Of a stretch of 64,000 nucleotides of DNA, positions 16,747-31,961 are shown piece by piece; the first letter of the stretch is position 1; each line of letters starts with the position of its first letter. The stretch is from the human T2T-CHM13v2.0 reference genome, Homo sapiens. Location of the stretch: the NCBI RefSeq assembly GCF_009914755.1, contig NC_060926.1; one strand, given 5' to 3'. Under the pieces are notes generated by a model, which saw nothing but the letters and a program-made list of their open reading frames with translations, was not told the DNA's origin and searched no databases. The position numbers and the translations under genes were made by a program.

Positions 16747-17530
16747 GCAGCCAACAATCATGTGAAAAAAAAATCAAAGAAATGCAAATCAAAACCACAA
16801 TGAGATACTATCTCACACAAGTCAGAATGGCTATTATTAAAAAGTCAAAAAATAACAGACGCAAGTGAGGTTGCAGAGAAAATGGAATGTGTATACATTG
16901 TTTATGTGAACACAAATTAGTTCAACCATTGCAGAAAGCAGCATGGTGATTCCTCAAAAACCTAAAGGCGAACTACTACTCAACCCAGTAATGCCATTAC
17001 GGGGTATATACCCAGAGGAATATAAATTATTCTACCATAAAGACACATGCACACGTATGTTCATTGCAGCACTATTCACATTAGCAAAGACATGGAATCA
17101 ACCTAAATGCCCATCAGTGGTAGACTAGAGAAAGAAAATGTGGTACATATAACCATGGAATACTACGCAGCCATAAAAAAGAACAAGGTCATGTCCTTGG
17201 CAGAAGTCATAATCCTTAGCCATCTAACATAGGAACAGAAAACCAAATACTGCAGGTTCTCACTTACAGGTGTGAGCTAAATGATAAGAACACATGGACA
17301 CAAAGAGAGGAACAACAGACACTGGGGCCTGCTTGAGGGTCGAGGGTAATAAAAGAGAGAGAATCAGAAAAAATAACTATTGCACACTAGTGACAAATAA
17401 TGGGTGACAAAATAATCTGTACAACAAACCCTCATGACACAAGTTTATCTATATAACAAACCTACATATGTACCCCTGAACCTAATATAAAAGTTAAAAA
17501 AGAAATGCAAGAAATAAAAAAATAAAATAA

Positions 17531-17900
17531 AATAGAAAGATTTTCCTGGATTGTTTGGGTGTCCAATGTAATCACAAAGATGCTCAAATGTCGAAGAGGA
17601 GAACAAGAGTCAATGTCAGAGTGATGCTGTGTGAAAAATATTAGATTGGCCTTTGCTGGCTTTCAGATGGAAGGGGTCATAAGCCAGGAAATTCAAATCC
17701 TCTGGAAAGTGGAAAAGGAGAAAAAAAAACAAAAAAAGGATTCTTCCCTAAAGCCTCCATAAAGGAACAGAGCTCTGATTTAGTTGAGTGAGGCCCATCT
17801 TAGTCTTCTGACCCCAAGAGCTGTAAGATAATACATTTGTGTTCTCCTAAGCCACTAAGTGTGTAGTGATTTATTATAGCAGCCCAAGGAAATGAATGCA
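17531..17900 (+). mobile_element. MLT1D/E-type MaLR LTR, 3' part
   Basis: gattttcctggatt...caatgtaatcacaa...ctgtaagataatacatttgtgtt...aagccactaagt...ggaaatgaatgca continues the LTR broken at 11520. Confidence 0.85.
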
Positions 17901-20055
17901 TTAGGACATATAAAACATTAATAGAATTTGAGAGGACAGAACAACAGCAGCAATACTATTATGTGATATTATTCATTCATTAGATTGGAAATTGTGGGCC
18001 ATCCTCCTGGTTTCTGCCAAGCTGGGTAATATAGAAACTCTATTCACTGGTGCCATTTGGTAGTAGTGTGGCTAACTGTATATTCCTAGTCTATGTTAGT
18101 CCATGAAAAAGAGAATGAAATCATGTGCTTCTTCCATCTCCCTAAATGGAGGAGAAGTATTAGAGTTCCTTACATGTTATTAATCATCGGCATAATCATG
18201 AAAAAGTCTCATCACCTATCTGGACATTAGTTTTTTCAGCTATGATTTAGGAAAGTGAACTGGACAGTGAACTTCTCAAAGAAAAGTCCCATCATGGTCA
18301 TCTCTGTGCCAATCAAAGTAACCAGCAAAAATAAAGTACAAAGTACACAATATTTGTTGAATAAATTAACCATCTGTACTTCCATAATCATCATGTTGTC
18401 TCATCCCTACCTCAGTGGAGATGATAACTTAGCATTCTGAAAGAGAGTAAATCTTAGAAATTTAATTCGCTGCTTTGCCACTATTCACTCACAAATCTTC
18501 ATTATTTCAGTGTCCCTCACTAGGAGCCTAACAATATCACAAGATTTTAGGAAAAGAAATGGAATGACCCATTTTAGTGACATAAGAAATTGCAGACTTT
18601 TGCCTAAGAATAAAAGGTCACCTTGTTATGGTATGATTCAACCCCCGGCATGTTTTTTTCAATAAAGACAGAAATATCAGTTAGGTCCTAATGAATAAAA
18701 ATCAATGGAAAAAATAAAACAAAAGAGAAACACTAAATTTTAGAAGGATGCATTGTGTATGTTTATTCCTATTGTTTTTCTTTATTTTTGTCCCAGTTTG
18801 TGATGGTGAGATAAAAACCCCCTCATGAAGGCTTCCTTGATATTCAAATTCCAACTGACCTTCTCTTTGGAGATTCTATATTAAGACCTGAGTACCGAAT
18901 ACTGAACATTTTGAGTCATTTACTACACTCTGTTTTCAAACTGTTCTAAATTCTCTTGATAACAAATTTTAAGCTCCTGATGCAGTTCTCCTGTCTTACA
19001 TTTCTCACAAATGTCCTACAAAAGTTTTCATAGCTTCAAGCATGTGAAAAATACCTTTTGGTGAAAGTGGATGTTAGCTAAACTATACACAGAGACCTCT
19101 CTATATTTTTATCAAATAAATTTAAAGACTTCATTCCAATTCAGGTGAAACAGTAACAAATATCAACAATACAGAGAAAAATTAAGTGACTCTAAATCCA
19201 TTAGTTGCATTAAAGTAACCAAAACAAATATCAGTGCAAACAAGATGGGGGAAAAAAAGGAAAGAAGGAAAAGAAAAAAAGGGGCAAATTTCTAATTCAC
19301 ATCAAGAGGAAAAGGCTGCTAAAAGCATCCTTCTGCAGGTGAATGTGACAAATTTGGTGTCACTGTGCAGGTCCCACTGCCCTTGGTCTACGCAAATGTC
19401 ATAGATAAAAGAGCTGGTGGTGGATAATCCTTTAAACAATATAGAAAGGGCATTCAGAAGCACATGCTTTATGTATTAGGCATTATACAGTTGAAGCCTG
19501 CTCTTAAGAGATCCCTGAAATTGGAATATAAACATAACCTAGCATGTATACTGAAATAGGTTTTTAAAACACCTTTACAGGCTATGTTCACCAACACTGC
19601 CTTTTCTTCACAGCACAAGCCTACATGAACATGGTATCGCTCTTCCAACTTGAATCCAGAATGAATGTTTACTTTACTTTTACTCTAAATCCCAACTGAC
19701 TGCAGTCATTAACACTCCTGGTCTCTGGACCATGCTAACTTAGTTTTCAGGAAGTAAAGGATGATGATCTTAACTGATTTCACCTCATTCTGGGGTGGTA
19801 AGTAGGATATCAAATATATTAAATCTCTGCAATCTTCATTTCTTGAAGATATCACACTTAAATTTGGAAGAATTTTCAAATCTAATAAAATTTTTACACT
19901 ATGGTTTCTAAATGTTGCCCCCTAAGCCTTTCATTCCTATCCAAAGTAAGAAAGAGAATGCATTTTATATACTCTCAATTCCATCAGAAATAACAACGTG
20001 CTTTCCTCTTCATTTCCATTCATTACTAAAAGTCTTCAGAGTACATTTTGTACTC

Positions 20056-20095
20056 TAGTTGATTTGGTACAGATTTAAAGTTCTTACTAAAATCA
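20056..20095 (+). repeat. 40-bp dispersed direct repeat, copy 1
   Basis: tagttgatttggtacagatttaaagttcttactaaaatca; 39/40 identical to 21356-21395. Confidence 0.95.
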
Positions 20096-20798
20096 TTTTG
20101 CAAAATTTTTAAGTGGTACAATTTTGCAAAATTCTGCCAAGTTAATAAAACAATGGCAAAATAATCATACTATTGCAATGCAACCAAACCCCATAAAAAT
20201 AAGTGACCCACTAAGTATCTGGTGTCTGCTTAGTAATGCTTGAGAGCATTTGGGAATTATTGTTTTGTATTGCCCTATATTCTTATCCAGTTTTAACATA
20301 GATAGTATACCTGCAACTGACTTGTCTTTGAAAGTAATTACAGAAGGATAATCCGCTGAAATAATTGCTGCCTTGGTTGTCTTTATTGTAAGTAACTCAA
20401 AATACTGAAAACAATTTGCCCCTTACCCTCTATCCTAGAAGAATAAGCAAGCTTTTGTTTCCTGTTTTTAAGCTTTCCTGGTCCCAGGTGAATTGCTTTT
20501 TCGAAGAATAGGCTCACGGACCAGCGATGCAAACTTCTGAGAATGTGAGAAAATCTAGGGTTCAGGGAAGAAGCAGTTGACCTACTACGGGAAGTAGAAA
20601 GGTGGCTCTTTTTTTTTTCAGGGGTAATAGAAAAAATTCATATCTATTAGAGTAAGATATTTATTTCTACTTCAATTTATGTTTAAAATCATCACTTTAT
20701 TTCTAGGAAACAGTCCACTATTTTCTCTAAGATGGACATTATGTAAGTATTGAAATTCACTGTACTCAAGGGTTCTCTACTCTTAGTTATGATAATAA

Positions 20799-21202
<404 letters not shown>

Positions 21203-21355
21203 TGTTAGTTAACATTTTAATAGGATATCCAGAGACAGTAGTCTTCTCAGGACCTCCATCCACAATATAATCGCCCTGGTTTTCTGCCTTAGATGAGTAT
21301 TCAAAAACATATGAACGTGAATGAAACATGTTCAGATTTGTAGAAATCTCTTACA

Positions 21356-21395
21356 TAGTTGATTTGGTACAGTTTTAAAGTTCTTACTAAAATCA
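21356..21395 (+). repeat. 40-bp dispersed direct repeat, copy 2
   Basis: tagttgatttggtacagttttaaagttcttactaaaatca. Confidence 0.95.
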
Positions 21396-22339
21396 CTTAT
21401 AAGAAAAATGATCCTTCCAACAGGTATATTTCCTAGAGTAAGACAATATTCCCTAAAACAAAATGATACGTGAGAGCCTATGGTCAAAAATAAAATATTT
21501 ACTTGAAAAGCTGTACATTAGTATTAATCATCTACCTCTTGGGCGAAGCATGTCATTCAGGAAGAATTTCTCAGGGGTGTTGAGAAATGCTCTTTCACAA
21601 GTATTTACACAATAACTGTCTTTTGTGTTATCCTCTTAATTTTTCCTCTAATGTTTTCTTATTTCCAAATAATGACTAATTATTGCCCTTCATTACCAAT
21701 TGTGAACTGGATTAATTTAATAAAACAGCCATCTGAATCCATTTTTACAAATAACTATATTATCTTAATTATTTCAAGAAAGAAGTTCTAATTTCTCTTT
21801 TATTTCTCAATTATCTAAACTGCATCAGTAAAGGCTGGCCTTTGCTAAAAATAATAGATTCAAATATACAGTTAAGAAATTTTTCTCAACAAAGGCTCTT
21901 TTTCAGATCTGAGGAAGCTTCTAGTTGAAAGCCAAAAACCATATCAGTAAAACCAAAGTAATATGGCATTACTGTCCTTCCCAAGTGGATCTAATTTATA
22001 AGTATATATGGTTTTCCTCATAGCTCTCAAACATTTTAGACAAAATTCATACCATAAATTTTCACCAAAAATAAAAGAAGGCACATGTTGGTTTATTATA
22101 TTTCCTCAAACTACAATGTGTGTGTTTTAAATGTTGTACTCTGTTTTTAGCTTGACTAAAATATTTAAATTGAGCATAGTATCTGAACTCCTCATATAAC
22201 TTTATCAACTCAACACAAGTTTCATAAATATGTTTTCAAACAGCATATTATTTTTAATGAAGAAATTTTAACATCAAGAATGCCAAAAAAAGTTACATAT
22301 TCACACCATACGTTTTCCATGTTTCCACTCCACCCCAAA

Positions 22340-22450
22340 GTGCATTTATGAAGTACACATTTTGAGAATTGCACAGTGCTAAGTGTTTAGAGGTTTTCAG
22401 TAATTCTAGGAAAGCATGTCCCTAACCTCACTGGTGTACAGTTTAAATTG
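22340..22450 (-). mobile_element. L2 3' fragment
   Basis: catttatgaagtac...gcacagtgctaagtg...catgtccctaacctca...tacagttta; degenerate. Confidence 0.5.
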
Positions 22451-23162
22451 TCACCTTATGTATTAATTTAGTGTGTTAATTCACACAAAAGAGATACATG
22501 ATGCGACGTGGAACCTGGAAATTGTAAGTTCCTCATTGACGTACATAAAATCTCAAACAATATTGAATGAACAAAGAGAAATTCAGTCACTTGATAATTG
22601 ACATTCAAAAGCTTCATATGAGGTTGTAATTACATCATTTTTATTTAAAAGATATTCTTCCAGCAATAAACTCCAGTATTCTTTAACCCTACTTCACCCT
22701 TTCGAATAAGCAAAGGCTACAAAGAAATATAAAGAACCTATTTATTGCTAAATATTACTTGGGAACATTCTATTTAGCAAAAGAAATCCATTATATTTGT
22801 GCTTTGTATCCAAGACTACTTACTTGAATCCTCTTTGCATGGAGAAGTGAACAGCACTTGCTATCTTTTAGTTTATCACTGTAGAATAAATAATAGGAGT
22901 TTATCATTACCTGATGTTGTTAGCCTTTACCCACTCTCCCTTCAGTTATAGCTATTATCAGCAGAAGAGTGGGTGGTGGAGAGAAGGGGAATCAGATTTC
23001 CAATGACATTTATGCTCTGAAAAGAAAAATATTAATACAAACAGCCCTTAACTATAGTGTATATTCAGAAAACTCTTTAATGTCTTTATTTTCTGGAGGG
23101 CTTTCTCCCTGCCTTCAAGAGGACGATGAGGGACCATTTTCTATGTGATATGGCATTATGAA

Positions 23163-23166
<4 letters not shown>

Positions 23167-23207
<41 letters not shown>
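23167..23207 (+). repeat. (AG)20 microsatellite
   Basis: Direct reading. Confidence 0.97.
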
Positions 23208-23210
<3 letters not shown>

Positions 23211-24024
23211 TTTGGGTATTCCTATCTACTCTTGGTGTTCCTAACAAATAAATAGCTTTAAATATATCCCAATTTAATAGCCAAATCCTTCTGGCACTAA
23301 AAAGATAAAAAGTAAGAAATCACCTACCACTTTAATCAACTCAGTATTAAGAATTGGCAAGGTTACAAAACCACTCAGCTTTATTTATAAGGCCTGAAGT
23401 ACATAAACGTGAAAATATAATGATAATTCCATCTTTCACCCTTAAATCATACATTTCATATAGAGGCATTCAGATTGGCCTTTATTAAATACAGCTTTTA
23501 AAAAAAGTTTCAATAGAAAATAGCTTCCAAGAAGAGAACTATCCTATAATTTCATTGTGATGTTGAAGACTCTATGTCACACTGGTCATATGGAGGAATA
23601 ATAAGAATAGAAAATATTTTTTCTGAATCTATGCCCATAAAATTGTTATAGCATTCATTTTTGCTGTATTGATTTACAGTAGGCTATTAAGGTTTTTGGA
23701 GTGAGTTTTCATTTATGATATTGGAATCTCATGGAGTAGAAAAGTAGATATTATAATCAAATAGATACCAGAATTTAGGGATCTAGGAGATAGTTGGAAA
23801 ATCTACAGTTCATAGAAGACAAACAGGAAAAAGAAAGACTAGTAGTAATCAAACAGGGAAAAAATATTAGGAATAGCCATAAGGAATACAATCAAAGGGG
23901 ATAATATTTGAAAAAAGTTACCAAACGTAAGTTAAAGTAGTCAGGAACCAGGAATCTAGAATAAATAGATACAAGACATTACAAGATGTATGTGATTGAT
24001 CTGAAATCATAGGAGAGTTCTAAT

Positions 24025-24308
24025 GACCCAGAGTCATTTTCCATGCTTTCTCTTCCTATACCATGACTCTGCCAGTTTCAACATCTTGGATGACATTTCC
24101 ATTCTAGCCAGCCAGATGAGGAAAAGAACACGGAGGATTATGCATAATGGGTTAAAATGGTGCACATTACTTTCATCCACATTCCATTGTTCAGAATATA
24201 GTCGCATGGTCCCATCTAACTAGAAGGAAATCTGGGAAATGTCTAATTCTAAGCCCAAATTGGAGAGGATATAGGTCTTGGGTTAAACACAAAGCAGCTT
24301 CTTCTACA
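24025..24308 (-). mobile_element. MLT1J/K-type MaLR LTR fragment
   Basis: cacattccattgttcagaatatagtcgcatggtcccatctaactagaaggaaatctgggaaatgt is the reverse complement of the MLT1J/K 5' motif. Confidence 0.7.
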
Positions 24309-24673
24309 GGGCTGTATTAAGAACAGCTAACCTAGTCACATCTTTCCTCTACTCATTACCAAACAGACTGAATGTTTTACTTGTGGATATAATCTAATAA
24401 ATGGCCTCTAAAAATAAACCATTTGCCTGAATAGGAATAATGCCCTAATAACATAAGAGCACATGGAGGCAAATCTTCCACAAGAGATTTTGATGGGAAG
24501 GACAAAAAGGAAAACCTGCTCTCCCCAAAGAGAAATACTCTGAATGGAGTTGAGCTTATCTTATTTTATCAGCAGACAAGGAAAAAAAAAATAAAGGAGT
24601 GCACAGCTTTTCCTATTGACATGTTCTAAGCACTTATATGACTGTAGGAAAACTCTTACCAATTCAGAGGAAT

Positions 24674-24816
24674 GGGAAAAAGAAAGGAAGGGAAGGGAAG
24701 GGGAGGGGAGGGGAGGGGAGGGGAGGGGAGGGGAGGGGAGGCGAGGGGAGGTGAGGGGAGGGAAGAAAGGAAGGAAGGAAAGAAGGAAGGAAGGAAAGAA
24801 GGAAGGTAGGAAGGAA
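24674..24816 (+). repeat. Polypurine tract: (GGGAA)n, (GGGGA)n, (GGAA)n
   Basis: Direct reading. Confidence 0.95.
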
Positions 24817-24829
24817 TTGGAGAAGGATG

Positions 24830-25315
24830 CCTGAATCCCTCAAATAGCTTAGGAGATTTTCTTCCTTGTGAGTATAGGTGGAAATTAAAATTTGAAGATG
24901 AAAATGCCTAAAACTCAATTTTCAAACTTCTTTACATCTAAGACGTAGACACATGATACAGGCAAATAATAATTAGACTCTCCCATCCTGAACTTTGAAT
25001 TGGAAACCAGTAATACTAAAGCTTGGCTAAGATAATGCTCTAGGGAAGAAGTGGTGGTTGCAACATGATCAAGGTTTCTGGCAGCATGGCAGTAGTGAAA
25101 ACAGTGGCATCTAGCACCCTGTGACAGAAGAAAGGTAGACCAGTTCTTAGATAACCAGTCACCATGAGTTATTTTATGTTTTCCCTGAATATGATGTCTC
25201 TGAAATTAATTCTCCTTCTCTTCTAGTGCTTACATAAGCCATCTGATACCTTTTTAATAAATTTCTTTTTAGCATTTTTCAGCTAGAGTCCATTCCTGTG
25301 TTGTGGTCTATGTGG
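24830..25315 (+). mobile_element. ERVL-class LTR (LTR41-like)
   Basis: gactctcccatcctgaactttgaatt...ggcagcatggcagtagtg...aataaatttcttttt...gctagagtcc, lying directly upstream of ERVL internal sequence; subfamily uncertain. Confidence 0.5.
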
Positions 25316-25329
25316 TTGGTAAATGGAAA

Positions 25330-28300
25330 TCTAAGACTGGTTATCTAGCCAAATTGGGAGAGAAGACAATGAAATTCAGTAGTATTAATGGAGGAGACTC
25401 TGGTAACAAGTGGCATGTAATGATAACATTTTTATTAAATTATCATCTATGCAAACCTCTGGAGGGAACAAGACTCACTATTATAGAATATCTTATATAG
25501 CCTAAAAAATTAATGGCTGTGAAATAGGGTGGTTTCTCATAGTACTGAATAGCATGAAATATAACATTAGAGTGACAGTCTCAAAGTTTTAAATCATAAT
25601 CTTAAAGCACAAACTGAAACGTGGGACTTTCCATGCTTGAAAATAATCTCTTCTCTGCTGTAGCTAAAAGGTTGAAGCTGAATGTATAAAAATCAAATAC
25701 AAAATTTGGTCAAATAGACTGCTAAATTAAAAATCATTTCAAGTCAAAGCCTTAACTAATTTCTTATATGAAAGTAAGAACATTGGTCAATAAAAATCAG
25801 AATTCTAAAAATTACAATGGAGATATAGTGGAGTATGCAGAAGACTCAGAGTAGCCTTCCATACTCAACCTCACTATATTTCCTTTGCCAGAGGAAGCAG
25901 CCCCTCCTCCATGTCTATAGAGGCCCTTTTGTCTTACTCAAAAAGAACCTTTGTCCAGGAGAGTTGTTTTGCAAGAGGATGTCAATTCTCTTCATACCTA
26001 CTTTCACTATCCCTTAATATTTCTAAATTTCTAACTACGGTCAGATCCCAGTATACCTACTAGCCAACTACAAAGTCAAACCTAGAAGAAAAAGGCTTAT
26101 ACATCAAAATAATTATAAAATTTTGCTAATTTATGTCAATAATATAATGAATTTTGGGATAATTAAGGATAAATTAACTTTAGACTGGGCTAAAATTATA
26201 ATATTTTACACATAAATATATAAGCATATATAAATATAAACATATTCATATCTATAGATAAACATATAAATTATCAACATAAAATACTGATCCCGTGTGT
26301 TAGCTAGAGACTCTGGGAGTGTTTATGAATGTCTGCTTAGCTGGTTGACTGAAATAGGGACTCATTGGTGGTCCACACTAAATGAAGTTGAAATGGCAGA
26401 AATTTCTTCATATAATATGGAGAAGGCAATCTAAACACACAGACAATAGAAATTTTGGAGTTTCTTTTTCATGTGTGCTTCTCTTATGCATCCCTTAAGG
26501 GACACTTAACCAAGTCCCCCAAGGGCCCATTAAGAGTTTGAGAAAGCCATTAGTTAAGGGAGTGCTAATGTCTCTGTGACTGCTCTCATGGGTGAATTCT
26601 GAGTGTCAGTGAAGGAAGATACAATAGAAACAGGTCCCATGATTTCAATCGTCTACCAGATTCCAAGTTTGGCAGAGATTTATTAGTGGTACTTAACTGC
26701 TTAAAACAAAATGGGCACAATTTCTATAGAAGGCATCAAGGTAGCAGGCAATCAGAATAGTCTGAAACTCCAGAATCCGAGCTTGTAGGTAATTGATTAT
26801 GGAGTATCAAGTTCTGAATGAGATAAACAACCCATTAACAACCTACCTGATATGTACAAATGAATAAGCTCTAGCTCTGGGACACAGACACATGACTTAA
26901 GCTACTACAACAAAAGATCATAATCTCGATTCCCATTTCCATACTTGAGTGAAGTTATACTTTCTCCCAAAATACCTATTGCCATTTACAAGAATAACTA
27001 TACTTGTAAAGGTAGATACTGAAATATTTAGAGACTACTAAGCACTGGCTCTGAGACAGCAATAATTCTTAGAGATCCAGAACACAAACAAACTCCATGG
27101 ATGAGAAGGAAACTCATGGGGATTAGTTACAAAATTGTCCCTTTTCAAAATTAGACTAGGCATGTTGGGATTCCAAATCCATACCATGGTTATTTCCCCA
27201 GATCATAGTGTCTATTTGGAACATATGTTCCCCAACAACTAGAATAACCCCCACAGTGGATTCGTGACCCACAGATAAAGTAATATGACACATGAAAGAA
27301 AGATATGACATTAACTAATTAGTAGAACTCCTCAGAGGTGTGTCTGTCTACCAACATGGTAAATCACAGAAAGTACTACATCACAAAGAAAATCACTAAG
27401 CATAGTGCCATCACCAAAGACAAATGATACCAGGTAGGTCATTCTTGATGACATTCACATTTAACTGTCTAGGTTGATAAGTATAGAATAGAGAAGGGGC
27501 TTAGAGAGTAGTGGCACATTACATGAAGTACATTCAGATTATAATTCCAGTCTGCTATTTTAGATATGGTTCCATCAACTATTCCAGGTATGATATCTTT
27601 TGATATGGCAAATGGCACTCTCTCTCCATCCAAATAAGCAGACAAATCCAGAGGCAATTTGCTTTTCCCTGGTAAGACTGCAAGGACATCTAACGAACTT
27701 ATTTCAGAATTATCAGCTCTCCCTGCTCTGCCACGATTTAAGCTGTAGATATTATGTTGTTCTCATGATTCCATCAGATATCATACCGGTTCGCTACATT
27801 AGTAACATCACAGTTTAGAACCTTAAGATTGCTTAGATGCCTTGGTAAGACCTAGGAAGGCTAGATGGTAGGAAACCATATGGTCTCCCATCTTAGTAAC
27901 ATTTCTGGAATTCCAGAAGTTTCAACATGTTAGTACTTTAGTTTACAGAAAAGTAAACTAGAAGTCACTGCATGTTGAACACTAACCAATGAGATGGGAG
28001 ACACTGTCTTCTTTAGATTTTGGAGGTCAAAAATACCACATTTGGAAGCGCTGCTATTACCCTGTTACCAGGTGAGCTCCAAGACTGTCAGCCTCAGAGC
28101 ATCTCAAAAGGAGATAAAATAATCTGTCTAGTGCAGATTGCAGTGAAAGCATTTGGTGCTTATGCACCAGAAGTTACAGTGTTGCTTGAACTCTTGGTAG
28201 GCAAAAAGGATGCTCTATGTATACCCTGGTAAACCCTGATAGGAAAATCGCAGCAGAGAATCTCAAGTTTCTAGAGCAGTGGCTAGCAAACTAAAACCTC

Positions 28301-29420
28301 TACAGGCCAAATCTGCTCTCCTAGCTGTTTTTACAAATAAAGTTTTATGGAAATACAGTAATACTCATTCATTTGCATACTACACATTACTGCTTTTGTG
28401 CTACAGCAGCAGAGTTGAGTAGTTATGACGGAGACCACAAAGCCAATATATTTATAATTTGTCTCTTTACAGAAAAAGTTTGCCAATCCCTTTTTAGAGC
28501 AAAGCTGTGCACTTTTCATCATATAAATATTTTCCTTTTGAAAAATAGCTCTTGGCTTATAAGGAGTTTGTGGTAGATACTGAATCTTTACTATTGGATG
28601 CTGGATGACCATGCAATTATACTGCCCATAATAAAACGGATGTATCTGACCCACCTGGCTATAAAGTCAAGCATGCCTAACAGAATCCTATCATTAAGTA
28701 GGACCCATTCCAAGGAGATCCTGAAGGCACACACAAGCTGCATAAGCAGGTAGCTCACACTCCCAGTATGCCTATGACCACTGCACTTCCATCCTTCCTC
28801 AAACCACATTTGTGGATTCATGGGGCACTGATGTGAATCAGTCTGCTGAGAGAAAATGATTTGAACATAATTTGCTGATTTTTCTATCAGAAGTAGACTG
28901 CTGTGGCATTAAGTCCTAATTAGAGTGGCTCTAAAGGACGGTGGAGAAGGTTTAACCTTAAAATGAACATAATTTCAAGTGGTACATCTCTACTTTGCCT
29001 GGAGAAAGACTATGCCTCTGGCTAGAATCTGTATTATTTCAGAGGCAATGGCTAATGACTTGTCAAAAGAGTAGATGTTGAAAATTAATAATATTGGGAG
29101 ATTGATGAAAAGAAGAATTGAGGAAGAAATACGTGAATGAAACTTTTGGAATCAGCATAAGTCATGTGGATATTTTTACACCATACAAATACTAAAAGAC
29201 TCTCACTACAAAAGGAAGTTCTTAACAATTACACGAAAATGATAACCTCTCAGTCAGCCTTCTTTCCCAGCTATTCCAGCTCACTACCTTGAGATTATAA
29301 ATAAAGCAGTTATCGTGAGAGTTTAAAAGCCATGCATAGGTCCAATGACATAGATAACGCCACACAATAGAGATGACCAATTCCACTGTTGAATGCCCAA
29401 ACCTGAATAGCAGAGACCAA
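25330..29420 (+). mobile_element. Ancient ERVL internal region (gag-pro-pol remnants), heavily degraded
   Basis: Hand translation: gag WLTEIGTHWWSTLNEVEMAE (26342; cf. HERV-L WLAETWIKRWPTVSELEMPD), protease LLSTGSE (27035; cf. LLDTGSE), RT DMAN (27602) and VRYISNI (27789; cf. VHYIDDI), integrase Zn-finger-like ECP (29391). Confidence 0.8.
28277..28491 (+). mobile_element. MER58A (hAT-Charlie DNA transposon)
   Basis: aaataaagttttatggaaatacag...gcagagttgagtagttatgacggagacc...tttacagaaaaagtttgcc; 8-bp TSD ttctagag/ttttagag. Confidence 0.9.
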
Positions 29421-29439
29421 GAAAGAGGTGATATGAAAT

Positions 29440-30944
<1,505 letters not shown>

Positions 30945-31089
30945 CATAAGGAGAGTTAACAAACCTAACAACGTAGAATATAACAAACAATAACAGAATG
31001 CAAGATTGAAGGAAAAGGTAGTAATTGGCTTTGAAGTGTTCTAAGATACTGATATTGCCTGGGACGACGAGTCTGAGAAACATTTTATA

Positions 31090-31282
31090 CAGCTTTTCAG
31101 ACAGATTTAGGGGGTTAAGCAACCTATACTCCACTGTGGTGGCCAACTCAGTAGCATAACCTTATTTTTTCACAGTTTGCTCCCATACTTCCTCACTCCT
31201 GCTCCCCATGATTATATTTCCTATTAAAGTATTAGCACACTTCTGGTCAGGCTTTGCTTTCTAGGGAACTCAGGCTAAAACA
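31090..31282 (+). mobile_element. ERVL LTR 3' fragment (LTR33/LTR16-type)
   Basis: cctcactcctgctcc...attaaagtattagcac...caggctttgctttctagggaactcaggctaaaaca. Confidence 0.6.
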
Positions 31283-31961
31283 ATATTTATAGATTAGGAT
31301 AGTCAGTATTATAAAGATATCAGTTATCCCCAAAACTGATCTATAATGCAATCCCAGTCATATCTCAGCATGTTTTTGTGGAAATTGATCATTGAAATCT
31401 AAAATTTACATTGAAATGAAGAGAACCCAAAATAGGCAGACAAGCCTAAGGAAGAAAAGCAAACAGGAACGACTTACTCTACCAGATATCGAGACTTATT
31501 TCTAAAGTTACACTAATATTGGTATTGGTATTGGTGCAATAATAGACACAGAGACAAGCATAACAGAATTGTGTCTTTAAATAGTTCTATGTTTAAAGAT
31601 AACTGATTTCCAAAAAGGGTGCCATGACAGAGACAGAACAATTGGAGAATAATAATTTTTTTCAAATAAACTGTACTATACCAATTAAATATTTTTATTG
31701 AAATGTGTGACACTTGATACCTATTTCAACTATACATCAAAATATTATTCCTGAAACATTGTAATTGAGATGTAAAACATAAAACAGTGGAGCTTCTAGA
31801 AGAAACAGAAGAGAATATCTTTATAACTTTTAGGTAGAAAAAGATTTCTTAAATCGCATACAAAAGTATTATTCAAAAAGAAAGATTGTGCATTTTATTA
31901 TATTAAAATAAAAAGGAAGCTTTTGTTCATCAAAAGATAGCATCAAGAGAGTGAAAATGCA

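Larger units (their letters stand above)
11521..17530 (+). mobile_element. 5'-truncated LINE-1 (L1PA15-like), interrupted by two LTR elements
   Basis: ORF2 fragments including 13214-13672 ([14 protein letters not shown]), 3'UTR aaaaataactattg...aaataatctgtacaacaaaccctcatgacac and an A-rich tail. Confidence 0.9.

Noticed and set aside
24616-24918. Gly/Arg/Glu-rich and Pro/Ser-rich ORFs
   Set aside because: Translations of the polypurine simple repeat
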